A stretch of 34,288 nt of DNA, taken from Deltaproteobacteria bacterium (GTDB taxonomy: Bacteria; Myxococcota; JACRCW01). The position numbers and the translations under genes are program-made. The notes below the pieces were generated by a model. It searched no databases. It saw nothing but the letters and a program-made list of their open reading frames with translations, and was not told the DNA's origin. Position 1 is the stretch's first letter, and every line of letters begins with the position of its first letter. Location: the NCBI GenBank assembly GCA_016218805.1, contig JACRCW010000116.1, positions 1 to 34,288 of the forward strand, written 5' to 3'. This document shows, one piece after another, positions 18,326 through 27,714 of the stretch.

Positions 18326-18979
18326 TCACTCCTGCGTGGTCTTCTTGCGCTTGGGCGCCCGCGGCCAGGCCAACACGGCGCGGACCAGGTCCGCGCGGCC
18401 GGGGTGCTTGGTGAGGATGGCCACTTCGGCCACCGCAATGACCCGCTCCAGGGCGGCCACACGCTTGCGGCGCTCCACCTCATGGGGCAACTCCGCCAGG
18501 CTGGCCGCCGCGCGCGCGTCCCCGGCCGCCTTGAGCGCGTCATTGGCCGCCACCACGCCCGGCAGCAGCGGCACCACCGCGGCGTGGTTCTGCGCCCGCG
18601 CCCGCGTCAGCAGCGTGTCCCCAAATGCGTACGCCTTCTCCGGCCCCAACCCGGTGGCCTCATCCGCCTTCACCGTGCCAAACAGCAGCTGGTAGGGGTC
18701 CTGGTCCGGCTTCTTCCCCGCCGCCAGGAACGCCGCGCCGGACACGCCGGTCACCACGGCATCCCAATTGGTATCGCGCACGCGCACCACGGCGGAGGTC
18801 TCCAGGGTGTATTCGCGCGCCGCGTCCCGGGCGTCCCGGCTGGCCTTGAGCTCCGTGCGGAAGGTGCCCAGCGAAGCGGCCACCTCCGGCAGGTCCGCCG
18901 CCATGGCGGCCGCCCGCGCACCCGAACAGTAGTCAATCAGCAACTCCAGCGACGCATCCTCCGGCACTTGGTGGGACAC
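18326..18979 (-). CDS. Hypothetical all-helical protein
   Basis: AAGGAGG RBS before GTG 18979; Ala-rich helical sequence with a basic tail KRKK. Confidence 0.75.
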   Translation of the reverse strand: MSHQVPEDASLELLIDYCSGARAAAMAADLPEVAASLGTFRTELKASRDARDAAREYTLETSAVVRVRDTNWDAVVTGVSGAAFLAAGKKPDQDPYQLLFGTVKADEATGLGPEKAYAFGDTLLTRARAQNHAAVVPLLPGVVAANDALKAAGDARAAASLAELPHEVERRKRVAALERVIAVAEVAILTKHPGRADLVRAVLAWPRAPKRKKTTQE

Positions 18980-19073
18980 GCGGTCCTCCTTGGGATTGGG
19001 TTGTTTCGCCCTGTAGGACAGCCGCCGCGGCGTTGCCAAGCATTCGGCGCGTGCGGGAGGGGCACGCCGGGGG

Positions 19074-19297
19074 CCGGCGTGGGTATCCCGCGGGTGCGGG
19101 AGGGCTGCTGGGGCGGCCGGTGTGCGCGTCCGCGGCGCCGCGGGCGGCTGGCGGGGCTCCCCGGTGGGTCTCCGCGGCGCCCGCGGCGGTCACCGGGGTC
19201 TCCGGTGTGGGTCTCCGCGGCGCCGCGGCGGGGTACCCTTGCCTCCGGTGTGGGTCTCCGCGGCTGCTGTGGCGCAGGGGCCGGCGTGAGATCCGCG
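19074..19297. repeat. Degenerate direct-repeat array, ~42-43 bp period
   Basis: Core CCGGTGTGGGTCTCCGCGGC or variants starting at ~19074, 19117, 19159, 19202, 19245 and weakly 19281. Confidence 0.6.
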
Positions 19298-19397
19298 TTG
19301 CCTGCATGGTTGCCGACGCGTAAGAGCCATACGCACATACATTCCATTCGGGATTGGTGCGAATCCACTTCACTGCACGGGGGAGAACGGCAGGCGG

Positions 19398-20807
19398 ATG
19401 CTTTCCCTGGGACTTGCGCCTGGGTTGCTCCTGGCGGCGGATGGGGATGTCACCACACCCGCACCGGCACCCGCGCCGGTTGCCGAAGCGGCGCCGCTTC
19501 CCGCACCCGCCAACGTGACAGACGTCCCCGCACCCGCGGCCGACATTGGCGCGCTGGACCTGGGGCAGCTGCTGGGCACGGGGCTGCGCGCGGGGGACCT
19601 GGGTTCATTTGGCATGAGCCTGGGCGGGCAGAAGGCCACCGTGGAGTTCCACGGTTTTCTCACCCTGGACTTCAATGAACGCTGGGGTGACCTGGCCAAC
19701 CTGGCGCCGGACCGCGTGCGGCGGACACCTGCGCGCGACCTGGGGAACACGCTGGTTGGGGCCACGTACTTTGACCTGGGGCAGGCGGGGCTGGTGGCGC
19801 GTGGTGGGATTGCGGACCGCGTGTTTCCGGAGCTGGCGTTCAGCTTCAACCACACGGGCGACAATGACCTGGAGGAGCTGGAGGTCCCGTGGGCCTTTGT
19901 GGACTTCCGGGTGATGGACTGGCTGGTGCTGCGCGCCGGGTACATCCCCGTGCCGCTGGGCGCGGTGAATGAGTACCACTGGGCGGACTTCCTTCGGCCC
20001 ACGGCCAGCCTGCCGCTGACCAACATCCACCTCATCCCCGGCGAGCTGCAGCCCTGGAGCGAAGTGGGCGTGCAGGTGCGCGGCCGGGTGCCGCTGGGTG
20101 GGGAGCGGTCCTTCAGCTACGCGGCGTACGTGGTCAACGGCGGGCTGAGCCAGGTGTTGCCGGCCAACGCGGGGGAGGCCGCGGAGGGTGCGGAAGCGGG
20201 CGAAGGTGGCGAAGCCGTGGCGGGGTCCGGCCCGCTGGAGGGCGGTGACCCGGCGGATTTTGAGGGCGAGTACACATTCACCAAGGTGGCGGACAAGGCG
20301 TTTGGCGGGCGCGCCAGCCTGGTGGCAGCCCGGGGCGTGGAGCTGGGGCTGTCCGGGTACACGGGGCACTACACGGTGGATGGGCGGCGGCGCATCCTGG
20401 TGCTGGACGCGGACGTGGGGCTGGAGTTCAGCCAGGTGACGCTGCGGGGCGAAGCGGTGCTGGTGCAGCAGGAGATTTCCGGCGCGCTGGTGGACAAGGG
20501 GCCGCTGCTCAACTCGGTATTCCGGCCGGGCGCGTACGTGCTGTTTGCGTATGCCCTGACGCCGCGGCTGGAGCCGTATGCGCAATGGGACTTTGTGACG
20601 CGCGTGGACACCACCACGCAGGACGCGGGCGAGTGGTTCACCCAGGTGCTGGAGGGCGCGGTGGTGCGGTCCATCATTGGGGTGGCGGTGCGGCCGCTGC
20701 CCATCCAGGTGCCGCGGACGCTGGTGAAGGCGGAGGCGCTGGTGACCACACTGCACGGCGAGCGGACCGAGTTGGCCATCCGCGCGCAGGTAGCCACGGG
20801 GTTCTGA
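19398..20807 (+). CDS. Outer-membrane beta-barrel (porin-like) protein
   Basis: GGGGAG RBS; Pro/Ala linker; amphipathic strands (WLVLRAGYIPVPLG, WSEVGVQVRG, KAFGGRAS); C-terminal Phe (QVATGF). Confidence 0.8.
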   Translation: MLSLGLAPGLLLAADGDVTTPAPAPAPVAEAAPLPAPANVTDVPAPAADIGALDLGQLLGTGLRAGDLGSFGMSLGGQKATVEFHGFLTLDFNERWGDLANLAPDRVRRTPARDLGNTLVGATYFDLGQAGLVARGGIADRVFPELAFSFNHTGDNDLEELEVPWAFVDFRVMDWLVLRAGYIPVPLGAVNEYHWADFLRPTASLPLTNIHLIPGELQPWSEVGVQVRGRVPLGGERSFSYAAYVVNGGLSQVLPANAGEAAEGAEAGEGGEAVAGSGPLEGGDPADFEGEYTFTKVADKAFGGRASLVAARGVELGLSGYTGHYTVDGRRRILVLDADVGLEFSQVTLRGEAVLVQQEISGALVDKGPLLNSVFRPGAYVLFAYALTPRLEPYAQWDFVTRVDTTTQDAGEWFTQVLEGAVVRSIIGVAVRPLPIQVPRTLVKAEALVTTLHGERTELAIRAQVATGF

Positions 20808-20808
20808 G

Positions 20809-21381
20809 GTGCGTGCCGCTGCGTGGGTGTGCCTGATGGCCGGGCTGCTGAGCGCGCTGCCCGCCGGGGCCGGCGAGCTGAGCGCGGAGGTGCGCAGCGT
20901 CCTGCTGCTGCGGGTGCTGGCGTATGACCGGGGGCTGCCCGCCCGCGCCACCGGCCCGGGCATCCCCATCCTGCTGCTGGAGGCGGCGGGGGACAGCGCG
21001 TCCCGCGCGGAGTGCGCGCAGTTTGAGACGGCGCTGACGCAGTTGGGCGGGAAGGTCACCGTGGCGGGGCGCCCGGTCCACGTGGCGCGCGCGGTGTTCA
21101 CGGACGCCGCGGCGCTGGGCAAGGCGCTGGACACGCACAAGCCGGCGGTGCTGTACGTGTGCGTGGGGATGGGGCCGCACCTGGCGGACGTGGCGGGGGT
21201 GACGCGGCAGCGCCGGATCCCGTCCGCCACCGGCCAGCAGCCGTACGTGGCGGCGGGGCTGGGCTTTGGGCTGGTGGAGAAGGACAACCGGCCGCGCGTG
21301 GTGGTGAACCTGCCGGTCTGCCGGGCCGAAGGCGCGGACTTTGACGCGGCCCTGCTCACGCTGGCGGAGATCATCCGCTGA
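20809..21381 (+). CDS. YfiR/HmsC-like (DUF4154-type) periplasmic protein
   Basis: Signal peptide; LLLRVLAYDR...GLVEKDNRPRVVVNL...EGADFDAALLTLA; starts 1 nt after the porin stop. Confidence 0.75.
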   Translation: MRAAAWVCLMAGLLSALPAGAGELSAEVRSVLLLRVLAYDRGLPARATGPGIPILLLEAAGDSASRAECAQFETALTQLGGKVTVAGRPVHVARAVFTDAAALGKALDTHKPAVLYVCVGMGPHLADVAGVTRQRRIPSATGQQPYVAAGLGFGLVEKDNRPRVVVNLPVCRAEGADFDAALLTLAEIIR

Positions 21382-21604
21382 CGCAGGTCCCCACGTCGTA
21401 GGGCGGGGGCTTGTCCGGCTTGTCCCCCGCCCGGTTCCCAAGCGCGGGTTCCCGCTTCCCAGGGTGTTTGAACACCCCGCCCCGCCTGCGCATGGAGAGC
21501 AGAGTCCAGGAACGCGCGGGGAACCCGCTTGCGCCCGCCCCCCACGGGTGGGATGACCCCGCGTGGCGTCGGGCGTGGGACCCGGCCAACCAGGAGCTCG
21601 CGGC

Positions 21605-22144
21605 ATGTCCAACTTCACCGTTGAAACCCGGATCCCCTTCACGCTGGATGACGTGTTCCGCTGCTACCGCGACGAGCTGCCCATCATTGCCAAGTATATC
21701 CCCAACGTGAAGACCATTGAGGTCAGGGAGCGCAAGGAGGATGCCGGCGTGGTGAAGCTGGTCAACCACTGGCGCGCGTCGGCGGAGGTGCCTGGGCCGC
21801 TCAAGAGCATCATCACGGAAGAGAAGCTGGGCTGGATGGACCGCGCCGCCTGGAATGACGCCACCAAGGTGTGTGAGTGGGACCTGGAAATCACCGCATT
21901 CAAGGAGGCGGTGACCTGCCGCGGGCAGACGCGGTTCCACCCGGATGGGACCGGCACGCGCATGGTCATTGCCGGGGACCTGCAGGTGGACGCCACCAAG
22001 GTGGGGATACCGGTCCCCCGGCTGCTGGCGGGGTCCATTGGCAAGGCGGTGGAGGCGTTTGCCGTGGCGCTCATCAAGCCCAACCAGGAGGCGGTGGGCA
22101 AGGCGGTGGCGCGGTACCTGGAAGAGAAGAAGCAGAAGGGCTGA
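21605..22144 (+). CDS. START/SRPBCC-fold (DUF2505-like) protein
   Basis: CAGGAG RBS; VFRCYRDEL...IPNVKTIEV...W.DRAAWND helix-grip pattern with C-terminal helix. Confidence 0.75.
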   Translation: MSNFTVETRIPFTLDDVFRCYRDELPIIAKYIPNVKTIEVRERKEDAGVVKLVNHWRASAEVPGPLKSIITEEKLGWMDRAAWNDATKVCEWDLEITAFKEAVTCRGQTRFHPDGTGTRMVIAGDLQVDATKVGIPVPRLLAGSIGKAVEAFAVALIKPNQEAVGKAVARYLEEKKQKG

Positions 22145-22159
22145 CACCCGGCGGCGGGC

Positions 22160-23641
22160 ATGACCAGGCGGCTGAAGATCCTGATGACCGCCACGGAGGC
22201 GCACCCGTTCATCACGGCGGGCGGCCTGGGTGAAGCGGTGGGCGCGCTGGCGCGGGCGCTGACGGACCGCGGGCACCGGGTGGACCTGCTGCTGCCGTAC
22301 GCGCCGGCCGCATGGGCGCGGGGCGGGCCGGAGTTGGTGGAGGCGGCGGCGTTTGACATCCCGGTGGGGGCGCGGCTGGTGCCCGCGCGGCTGATGACGC
22401 CGCGTGCGGACGGGCCGCTGCGACCGGTGCTGCTGAACATCCCGCAGTACTTTGACCGTCCCGGGCTGTACGGCCCCTCCGCCAATGAGAGCTGGGCGGA
22501 CAACTGCAGCCGCTTCACCGCGCTGTCCCGCGCGGCGCTGCTGGCGGGACACGCGCTCAAGCAGAAGTATGACGTCATCCACGCGCATGACTGGCCGGTG
22601 GGACCGGTGCCCTACCTGGCGCGTGAAACGCGCGCGGCCGGCGGGCACGTGGCGCGCGCCACGGTGTTCACCGTGCACAACCTGGCCTACCAGGGGCGCT
22701 TCTGGGCGCTGGACCTGGCCATCCTGGGACTGGGCAGTGAGCACTTCACCGCGGAGCGGCTGGAGTTCTTTGGCTCGGTGTCCTTCCTCAAGGCGGGCCT
22801 GGTGGCGGCGGACCGGGTGACCACGGTGTCCGTCTCCTACGCCCGTGAAGTCCTCTCCCCTGAAGGCGGCATGGGCCTGGAGGGCATCCTGCGCGCGCGC
22901 GGCACGGCGTTCAGCGGGATCCTGGGCGGCATTGACCCCACCCGCTACGACCCGGCTTCCGACGCGGCGCTGACGCACCGGTACAGTTCGGCCGCGTCAC
23001 CGGAGCGGCGCATGGCTGCGCAGGCCTTCCGCGCGCTGGCGCAGCTGCCGGACAATGAGATGCCGCTGTTTGCGTTTGTGGGCGCGCTGTCCAATGACCG
23101 CGGCGGGGACACGCTGCTGATGGCCATTGATGAAATGGTGGCCGCCGGCGGGCTGGTGGCCATGCTGGTGCCGGACCACGACGCGCTGTACGGGCGCGCG
23201 CAGGCGCACGCGCTGCGCTACCCGGAGCGGGTGGCGCTGCTGGCGCAGGGCCCCGGGGACGCGCTGGTGCGGCAGCTGCTGTCCGGCAGTGACTTCCTCA
23301 TGGTGCCCTCACGCGTGGAGCCGTGCCACGTGGTGCAGGTGGCGGCGCTGCGTTACGGCGCGGTGCCGCTGGTGCGCCGGACCGGTGGGCTACGGGACAC
23401 CGTGCTGGACCTGGAGGCGGGCGGGCCGGCGGCCACGGGCATTGGCTGGGTGGGGGACGGCGTGGTGCCGCTGATGGGCGCGGTGCGCCGCGCGGTGGAG
23501 CTGTGGAAGGACCGCGCGCGCTACCAGACCGTCCAGCTGGCGGGGGCCGCCACGCCGTTCACCGCCGCGGAGGGCGCGGAACGCTATGAAGCGCTCTACC
23601 TGGACGCCGTGGGCCACGGCGCCGCCCCCACCACGCCGTGA
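22160..23641 (+). CDS. glgA: Glycogen synthase-like GT5 glycosyltransferase with degenerate motifs
   Basis: EAHPFITAGGLG, IHAHDW, TVHNLAYQG, LKAGL..ADRVTTVS, MVPSRVEPC, RRTGGLRDTV. Confidence 0.85.
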   Translation: MTRRLKILMTATEAHPFITAGGLGEAVGALARALTDRGHRVDLLLPYAPAAWARGGPELVEAAAFDIPVGARLVPARLMTPRADGPLRPVLLNIPQYFDRPGLYGPSANESWADNCSRFTALSRAALLAGHALKQKYDVIHAHDWPVGPVPYLARETRAAGGHVARATVFTVHNLAYQGRFWALDLAILGLGSEHFTAERLEFFGSVSFLKAGLVAADRVTTVSVSYAREVLSPEGGMGLEGILRARGTAFSGILGGIDPTRYDPASDAALTHRYSSAASPERRMAAQAFRALAQLPDNEMPLFAFVGALSNDRGGDTLLMAIDEMVAAGGLVAMLVPDHDALYGRAQAHALRYPERVALLAQGPGDALVRQLLSGSDFLMVPSRVEPCHVVQVAALRYGAVPLVRRTGGLRDTVLDLEAGGPAATGIGWVGDGVVPLMGAVRRAVELWKDRARYQTVQLAGAATPFTAAEGAERYEALYLDAVGHGAAPTTP

Positions 23642-24423
23642 CCCGCTCCAGCCTGCCGCCGGACACCACGCTGGACGCGCTGGCGGGTTGCTGGCGCATC
23701 CACCAGCGCGCCCGCGGCCACCGCTGGTCCGTGGATGACCTGCTCACGGCCCAATGGGCGTGCACCGCGGCGCCGTCGGCCCGCACGCACCTGGACCTGG
23801 GATGCGGCATTGGCAGCGTGCTGATGCTGGTGGCCTACCGCCTGCGGCAGGCGCGCCACGTGGGCGTGGAGGCCCAGGAGGAGAGCTGGCGGCTGTGTGG
23901 CGCGTCGCTCACGCACAATGGGCTGCTGGACCGGGTGGAGGTGCGCCACCGTGACTTCCGCGTCCCCGGGGCGCTGCGCCCGGATGAGGCATTTGATTTG
24001 GTGACGGGTACGCCGCCCTACCTGCCGGTGGGCACCGCCACCGCCCCGCGCGATCCCCAACGCGCAGCGGCGCGGCTGGAGCTGCGCGGCGGGGTGGAGG
24101 CGTACCTGGAGACGGGCGCCGCGCACCTGGCGGAGGGCGGCACCCTGGTGCTGTGCGGGGACGGCCGCCGCCCGGGGCGCACCTTGGACGCGGCGCGGCG
24201 CGTGGGGCTGCACGCGTGGGAACACGTGGAGCTGGTACCGCTCCCCGGCAAACCGCCGCTGCTGCATGTGATGGTGTTCCGTCAAACGTCACCACCGGAC
24301 CCGGTTGCGGTGCGGCCGCTGCTGGCGCGCACCGCGGACCACCGCCGCACCGCGGAGGTGCAGGCCATTCGCGCGGCGTTTGATATGCCGCCCATGCCCG
24401 GGGATGACCCCACGGCGCGCTGA
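23638..24423 (+). CDS. SAM-dependent methyltransferase, tRNA1(Val) A37 N6-methyltransferase-like
   Basis: QRARGHRWSVDDLL, LDLGCGIGSV, FDLVTGTPPY, ARLELRG; 4-bp overlap with glgA. Confidence 0.8.
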   Translation: MTRSSLPPDTTLDALAGCWRIHQRARGHRWSVDDLLTAQWACTAAPSARTHLDLGCGIGSVLMLVAYRLRQARHVGVEAQEESWRLCGASLTHNGLLDRVEVRHRDFRVPGALRPDEAFDLVTGTPPYLPVGTATAPRDPQRAAARLELRGGVEAYLETGAAHLAEGGTLVLCGDGRRPGRTLDAARRVGLHAWEHVELVPLPGKPPLLHVMVFRQTSPPDPVAVRPLLARTADHRRTAEVQAIRAAFDMPPMPGDDPTAR

Positions 24424-24495
24424 CAGCCGGGACGCGGAGATCCTGCGTGGAATGGCAGCGGAAAACGGCTGGACCTTTGTGGAGGGGGACCCCGC

Positions 24496-26079
24496 TCAGA
24501 ACGGGTTGTCGGGGTCGTCATCCACCAGGGAGGCGGCCAGCGCCTGGTAGCAGGCATCCAGCTTGTGGCGGATCTCCTCCATGCGGGCCTCCAGCACGGG
24601 GCGGCCGGGGCTGTCCGGGATGCGGCGCGGGTCCGCCTGCGCGGCCAGCGCGGCATAGGCGCGGTCAATGTCCGCGCGGTTGGCGTAGGGCGTCACGCCC
24701 AGCACCACACGGGGCACGGTGATGGGCTTGATGCGCGTGTACAGTGAAAAGATCTCCTTCTGCAGCGCGCGGAACTCGGGGGTCTCCTCATCCGCGGGGG
24801 CGTCCGCGTCCGGGACCTGCACCTGCGGCGGCGCGGGCTCCTCCGCGGAGCGGCGCACCTTGTCCCGCAGCACAATGGATGACGAATTCACCGCAAACGG
24901 CGCCTCCTGCAGCGTGGCCAGGCGCGCCTCCGTCAGCACCAGCGCCAGCACCGTCCCCATCAACTGCCCCAGGCCGGACTGCAGGCAGAACGCCTCCATG
25001 GTGGTGGTGCCGCGGACCACCTGCATGATGTCCGCGCCGCGCATGAAGGGCGTGAGGCGCTTGGCGGCGGCGGCCAGGCCCGGGCCGGGATGGAGGAAGA
25101 GCTTCTGCATTTCGTTGGAGCGCGCCAGCAGCGCGTCCGGGGTCATTTCACGGCGGCGTGTCTCCACCAGCAGGCCCAGCGGGTTGACCTTCATCAGCGG
25201 CACCACGTCCACAAACGCGTGATCCTCGCGGAACTGGTAGGCGCCCGCGCGCTGTCCCAGCAGCGCCAGCACGCGTTCGCGCACCAGCGCGCGCAGCGCC
25301 GCCTGCAGCTTCTCCGCGTCCGCCACCGCCGACAGCGCCGCCAGCAGCGTCCCTTCGGCCACCGCCGGCGCGGGGGTTCCCGGCGGCACCACCCCCAGCT
25401 CGCGCAGGCGGCGGAACAACCCCGCATCTCCGTCGGGCAGCGTGGCGTACACCGGCTCGCCGCGCAGCAGGTACAGCGTCCCGGCGGCCGGCCCTTCCGG
25501 CAGCGTCAGCCGCCCGGTGAGCTCCTGCGCAAACAGCCCCATCAGCAGCGCCGCCCCCGCGGCGTCCTCCAGCTGGCCTTCAATCTGGAGCGGCCCGGCG
25601 GGGAGGTCCACCGGTGCGGGCGCCGGGGCCGGCGGCTTGGGTGCGGCCACCCGCGCCGGCACCACCACCGGCAGGGGCGGGGCCGCCGTGACGTCGGGCG
25701 GTCGCGGCGAAACACGGGAGGGCGGCGCCGGCGCCGGGGCGGCCAGGCGCGCCCAGGTCACCTCCAGCGGTTCGCCTGCCGGCACCACCTCCAGCCCGCC
25801 GCCCAGCGCCGCGGCCAGCGCGCCGGCGTCCGTGCCCGGCGCCGCCAGCACCAGCACCCGGATCCCGGGATGCCGCTTGCCCGCCAGCTGGATGAGACCC
25901 CGCAGGGACAGCAGGCGCTTCTCTTCGGCCACCAGCAGCGTGTCAAAATCCGCGCGTCCCAGCGCGGCCAGCGCGTCCATGCTGTGGATGGCCTCAAAGT
26001 ACCGGACGTCCTGCCGGGCCAGCAGTCCCTGCCACAGCAGGCGGCGCGCGCGCTCATGGTCAACAAGGAGAACCTGCAT
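24496..26079 (-). CDS. Pseudo-receiver + DUF4388-like + degenerate J-like domain protein
   Basis: MQVLLVD...ALAAL...FDTLLVA receiver fold; LTGRLTL...GTLYLLRGEPVYA DUF4388 pattern; VLGV...DIDRAYAALAAQADP...CYQAL J-like end. Confidence 0.7.
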   Translation of the reverse strand: MQVLLVDHERARRLLWQGLLARQDVRYFEAIHSMDALAALGRADFDTLLVAEEKRLLSLRGLIQLAGKRHPGIRVLVLAAPGTDAGALAAALGGGLEVVPAGEPLEVTWARLAAPAPAPPSRVSPRPPDVTAAPPLPVVVPARVAAPKPPAPAPAPVDLPAGPLQIEGQLEDAAGAALLMGLFAQELTGRLTLPEGPAAGTLYLLRGEPVYATLPDGDAGLFRRLRELGVVPPGTPAPAVAEGTLLAALSAVADAEKLQAALRALVRERVLALLGQRAGAYQFREDHAFVDVVPLMKVNPLGLLVETRRREMTPDALLARSNEMQKLFLHPGPGLAAAAKRLTPFMRGADIMQVVRGTTTMEAFCLQSGLGQLMGTVLALVLTEARLATLQEAPFAVNSSSIVLRDKVRRSAEEPAPPQVQVPDADAPADEETPEFRALQKEIFSLYTRIKPITVPRVVLGVTPYANRADIDRAYAALAAQADPRRIPDSPGRPVLEARMEEIRHKLDACYQALAASLVDDDPDNPF

Positions 26080-26139
26080 TGCACCCTTGCTCCCCGGGTC
26101 CGCAGCGTCCCAGAGGTGGGTGGTGACGCGCAACCGCGT

Positions 26140-26811
26140 TTACCGGGCCGGGCCCCCCCGCAGCAGCTCCGCCGTCAGTTCCTCCAGCGAACCCAACACC
26201 CGGTCAGCCTCCGCCACCTCCCGCGGGAGGATTCCCTGGTCCGGCACGGCCAGGCAGCGCATGCCGGCGGCGCGGGCGCTGCGCACCCCGCTGGGCGAGT
26301 CCTCCAGCGCCACACACCCCGCCGGCTCCACGCCGAGCACGCGCGCAGCGTGCAGGTACACGGCGGGATGCGGCTTGCCCTGCGGCAGCCCGTCGGCCGA
26401 GACCAGCGCAGCAAACCGCGGCGCAATCCCCAGGCGTTCCACCACCGCGCGGATGATGGCGGGCGCGGATGACGACACCACGGCGGCCGGGACCCCGAGC
26501 GCGCCCACCACCGCCAGCGCGTGCGCTACGCCGCGCTTGGGCTCCGCCCGCGCGCGCACGCGCGCCACCACCGCCGCGCCGATGCGCTGGGCCACCTCCT
26601 GGTCGGACGGGCCCTCCCACGGGTGGCGGGCGCGCCAGTGGCGCACCACCGCGTCCACGCGCCAGCCCTGCGTGGCCGCGCAGTCCGCCGCGCGCAGCGG
26701 GACGCCCAGCGCGCGCAGGACCTCCAGTTCCGCTTCGCGCCACAGCGGCTCGCTGTCCACCAGCAGCCCGTCCATATCAAACAGCACGGCCGCCGGATCC
26801 CGCGCGCTCAC
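26140..26811 (-). CDS. HAD-superfamily phosphatase (HxpB/YniC-like)
   Basis: FDMDGLLVDSEPLW, VVSSS, GKPHPAVYL, LEDSPSGVRSA. Confidence 0.92.
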   Translation of the reverse strand: MSARDPAAVLFDMDGLLVDSEPLWREAELEVLRALGVPLRAADCAATQGWRVDAVVRHWRARHPWEGPSDQEVAQRIGAAVVARVRARAEPKRGVAHALAVVGALGVPAAVVSSSAPAIIRAVVERLGIAPRFAALVSADGLPQGKPHPAVYLHAARVLGVEPAGCVALEDSPSGVRSARAAGMRCLAVPDQGILPREVAEADRVLGSLEELTAELLRGGPAR

Positions 26812-27404
26812 CAGGCCAGCTCCAGTTCCGTCTCCGCGCGGGACACCACCCGCACGCCCAGCCGTGGGGTGACCTTGAAGTTGCGCAGCCCGCCCTCCAG
26901 CACGCCCACCTGGAAGCAGTCGGCAAACGAATAACAGTCCCGGTAGCGCAGCATGAGCCGGCGCGGTTCGTTGGCGAGCACCTCCACCTGCTCATGGCTG
27001 CTGGCGGCGCGGTACGCGCGCGGCAACAGCGCGGCGGCCGCCTGCACGCCCAGGCTCTGCCCCAGCCCGGCAAACATCACCCGCATCACCATGTTCTCCT
27101 GCAGCTTCTCCAGGTGCGCCTGACCCACGCGGCGCAGGGCTTCGCGCGGGGGCAGGTCCGGCAGGGCGCGCGCCGCCTGCACCAGCACCGCCACCATCTC
27201 CGCCTGCGGGTGGTCCTTGAACGCCACCCGGCGCGGCTGGTCCCGCAGCGGGCGGCCCATGGCGGCCATGGCGTCCAGCACCCCGTTGATGGACATCCCG
27301 CGCACCGTGTGACTCGGCGGCACCGCGGCCACCTGCGCGTCCAGGTCCAGCGGCGCCTGCCAGTCGGGCGATGGGAAGCGGAGTCCGCCGGTGGATGGGT
27401 CCAT
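26808..27404 (-). CDS. DUF2378-family myxobacterial protein
   Basis: APLDLDAQVAAVPPSHTVRGM, AFKDHP, ALRRVG, FQVGVLEG; overlaps the HAD start by 4 bp. Confidence 0.75.
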   Translation of the reverse strand: MDPSTGGLRFPSPDWQAPLDLDAQVAAVPPSHTVRGMSINGVLDAMAAMGRPLRDQPRRVAFKDHPQAEMVAVLVQAARALPDLPPREALRRVGQAHLEKLQENMVMRVMFAGLGQSLGVQAAAALLPRAYRAASSHEQVEVLANEPRRLMLRYRDCYSFADCFQVGVLEGGLRNFKVTPRLGVRVVSRAETELELAW

Positions 27405-27526
27405 GTGGGGTGCGCGTGTGTGGGTGGGGACACTGCCGCCGCCCGGGCCCCGCGTGCAAGACCCCAAAGAAAGGGGGCGGCCGCCAGACGGCAGGGTGGA
27501 GCCACGGGGTGCGGGGCGGGGGCCGG

Positions 27527-27686
27527 CCCCCGCGCGATTCTGGAGTTCCCCCGCGCGATTCTGGAGTTCCCCCGCGCGGTTCCGGAGCCCCCCGCGCTCT
27601 TCCGGAGTTCCCCCGCGCGATTCTGGAGTCCCCCGCGCTCTTCCGGAGTCCCCCCGCGCTCTTCCGGAGTTCCCCCGCGCCCTTCC
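27527..27686. repeat. Tandem 20-21 bp minisatellite, ~7.7 copies
   Basis: Unit CCCCCGCGC(GA/TC/GG)TTC(T/C)GGAGTT repeated head-to-tail with no spacers. Confidence 0.92.
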
Positions 27687-27714
27687 AACCGGTCTCTGAC
27701 CCCAAGCTGGGCGC

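Noticed and set aside
19074..19297. Possible degenerate CRISPR array
   Set aside because: Period is too short, repeats are poorly conserved, intervening segments resemble each other, and there are no cas genes or AT-rich leader
27527..27686. Possible CRISPR array
   Set aside because: Head-to-tail units without unique spacers; no cas genes
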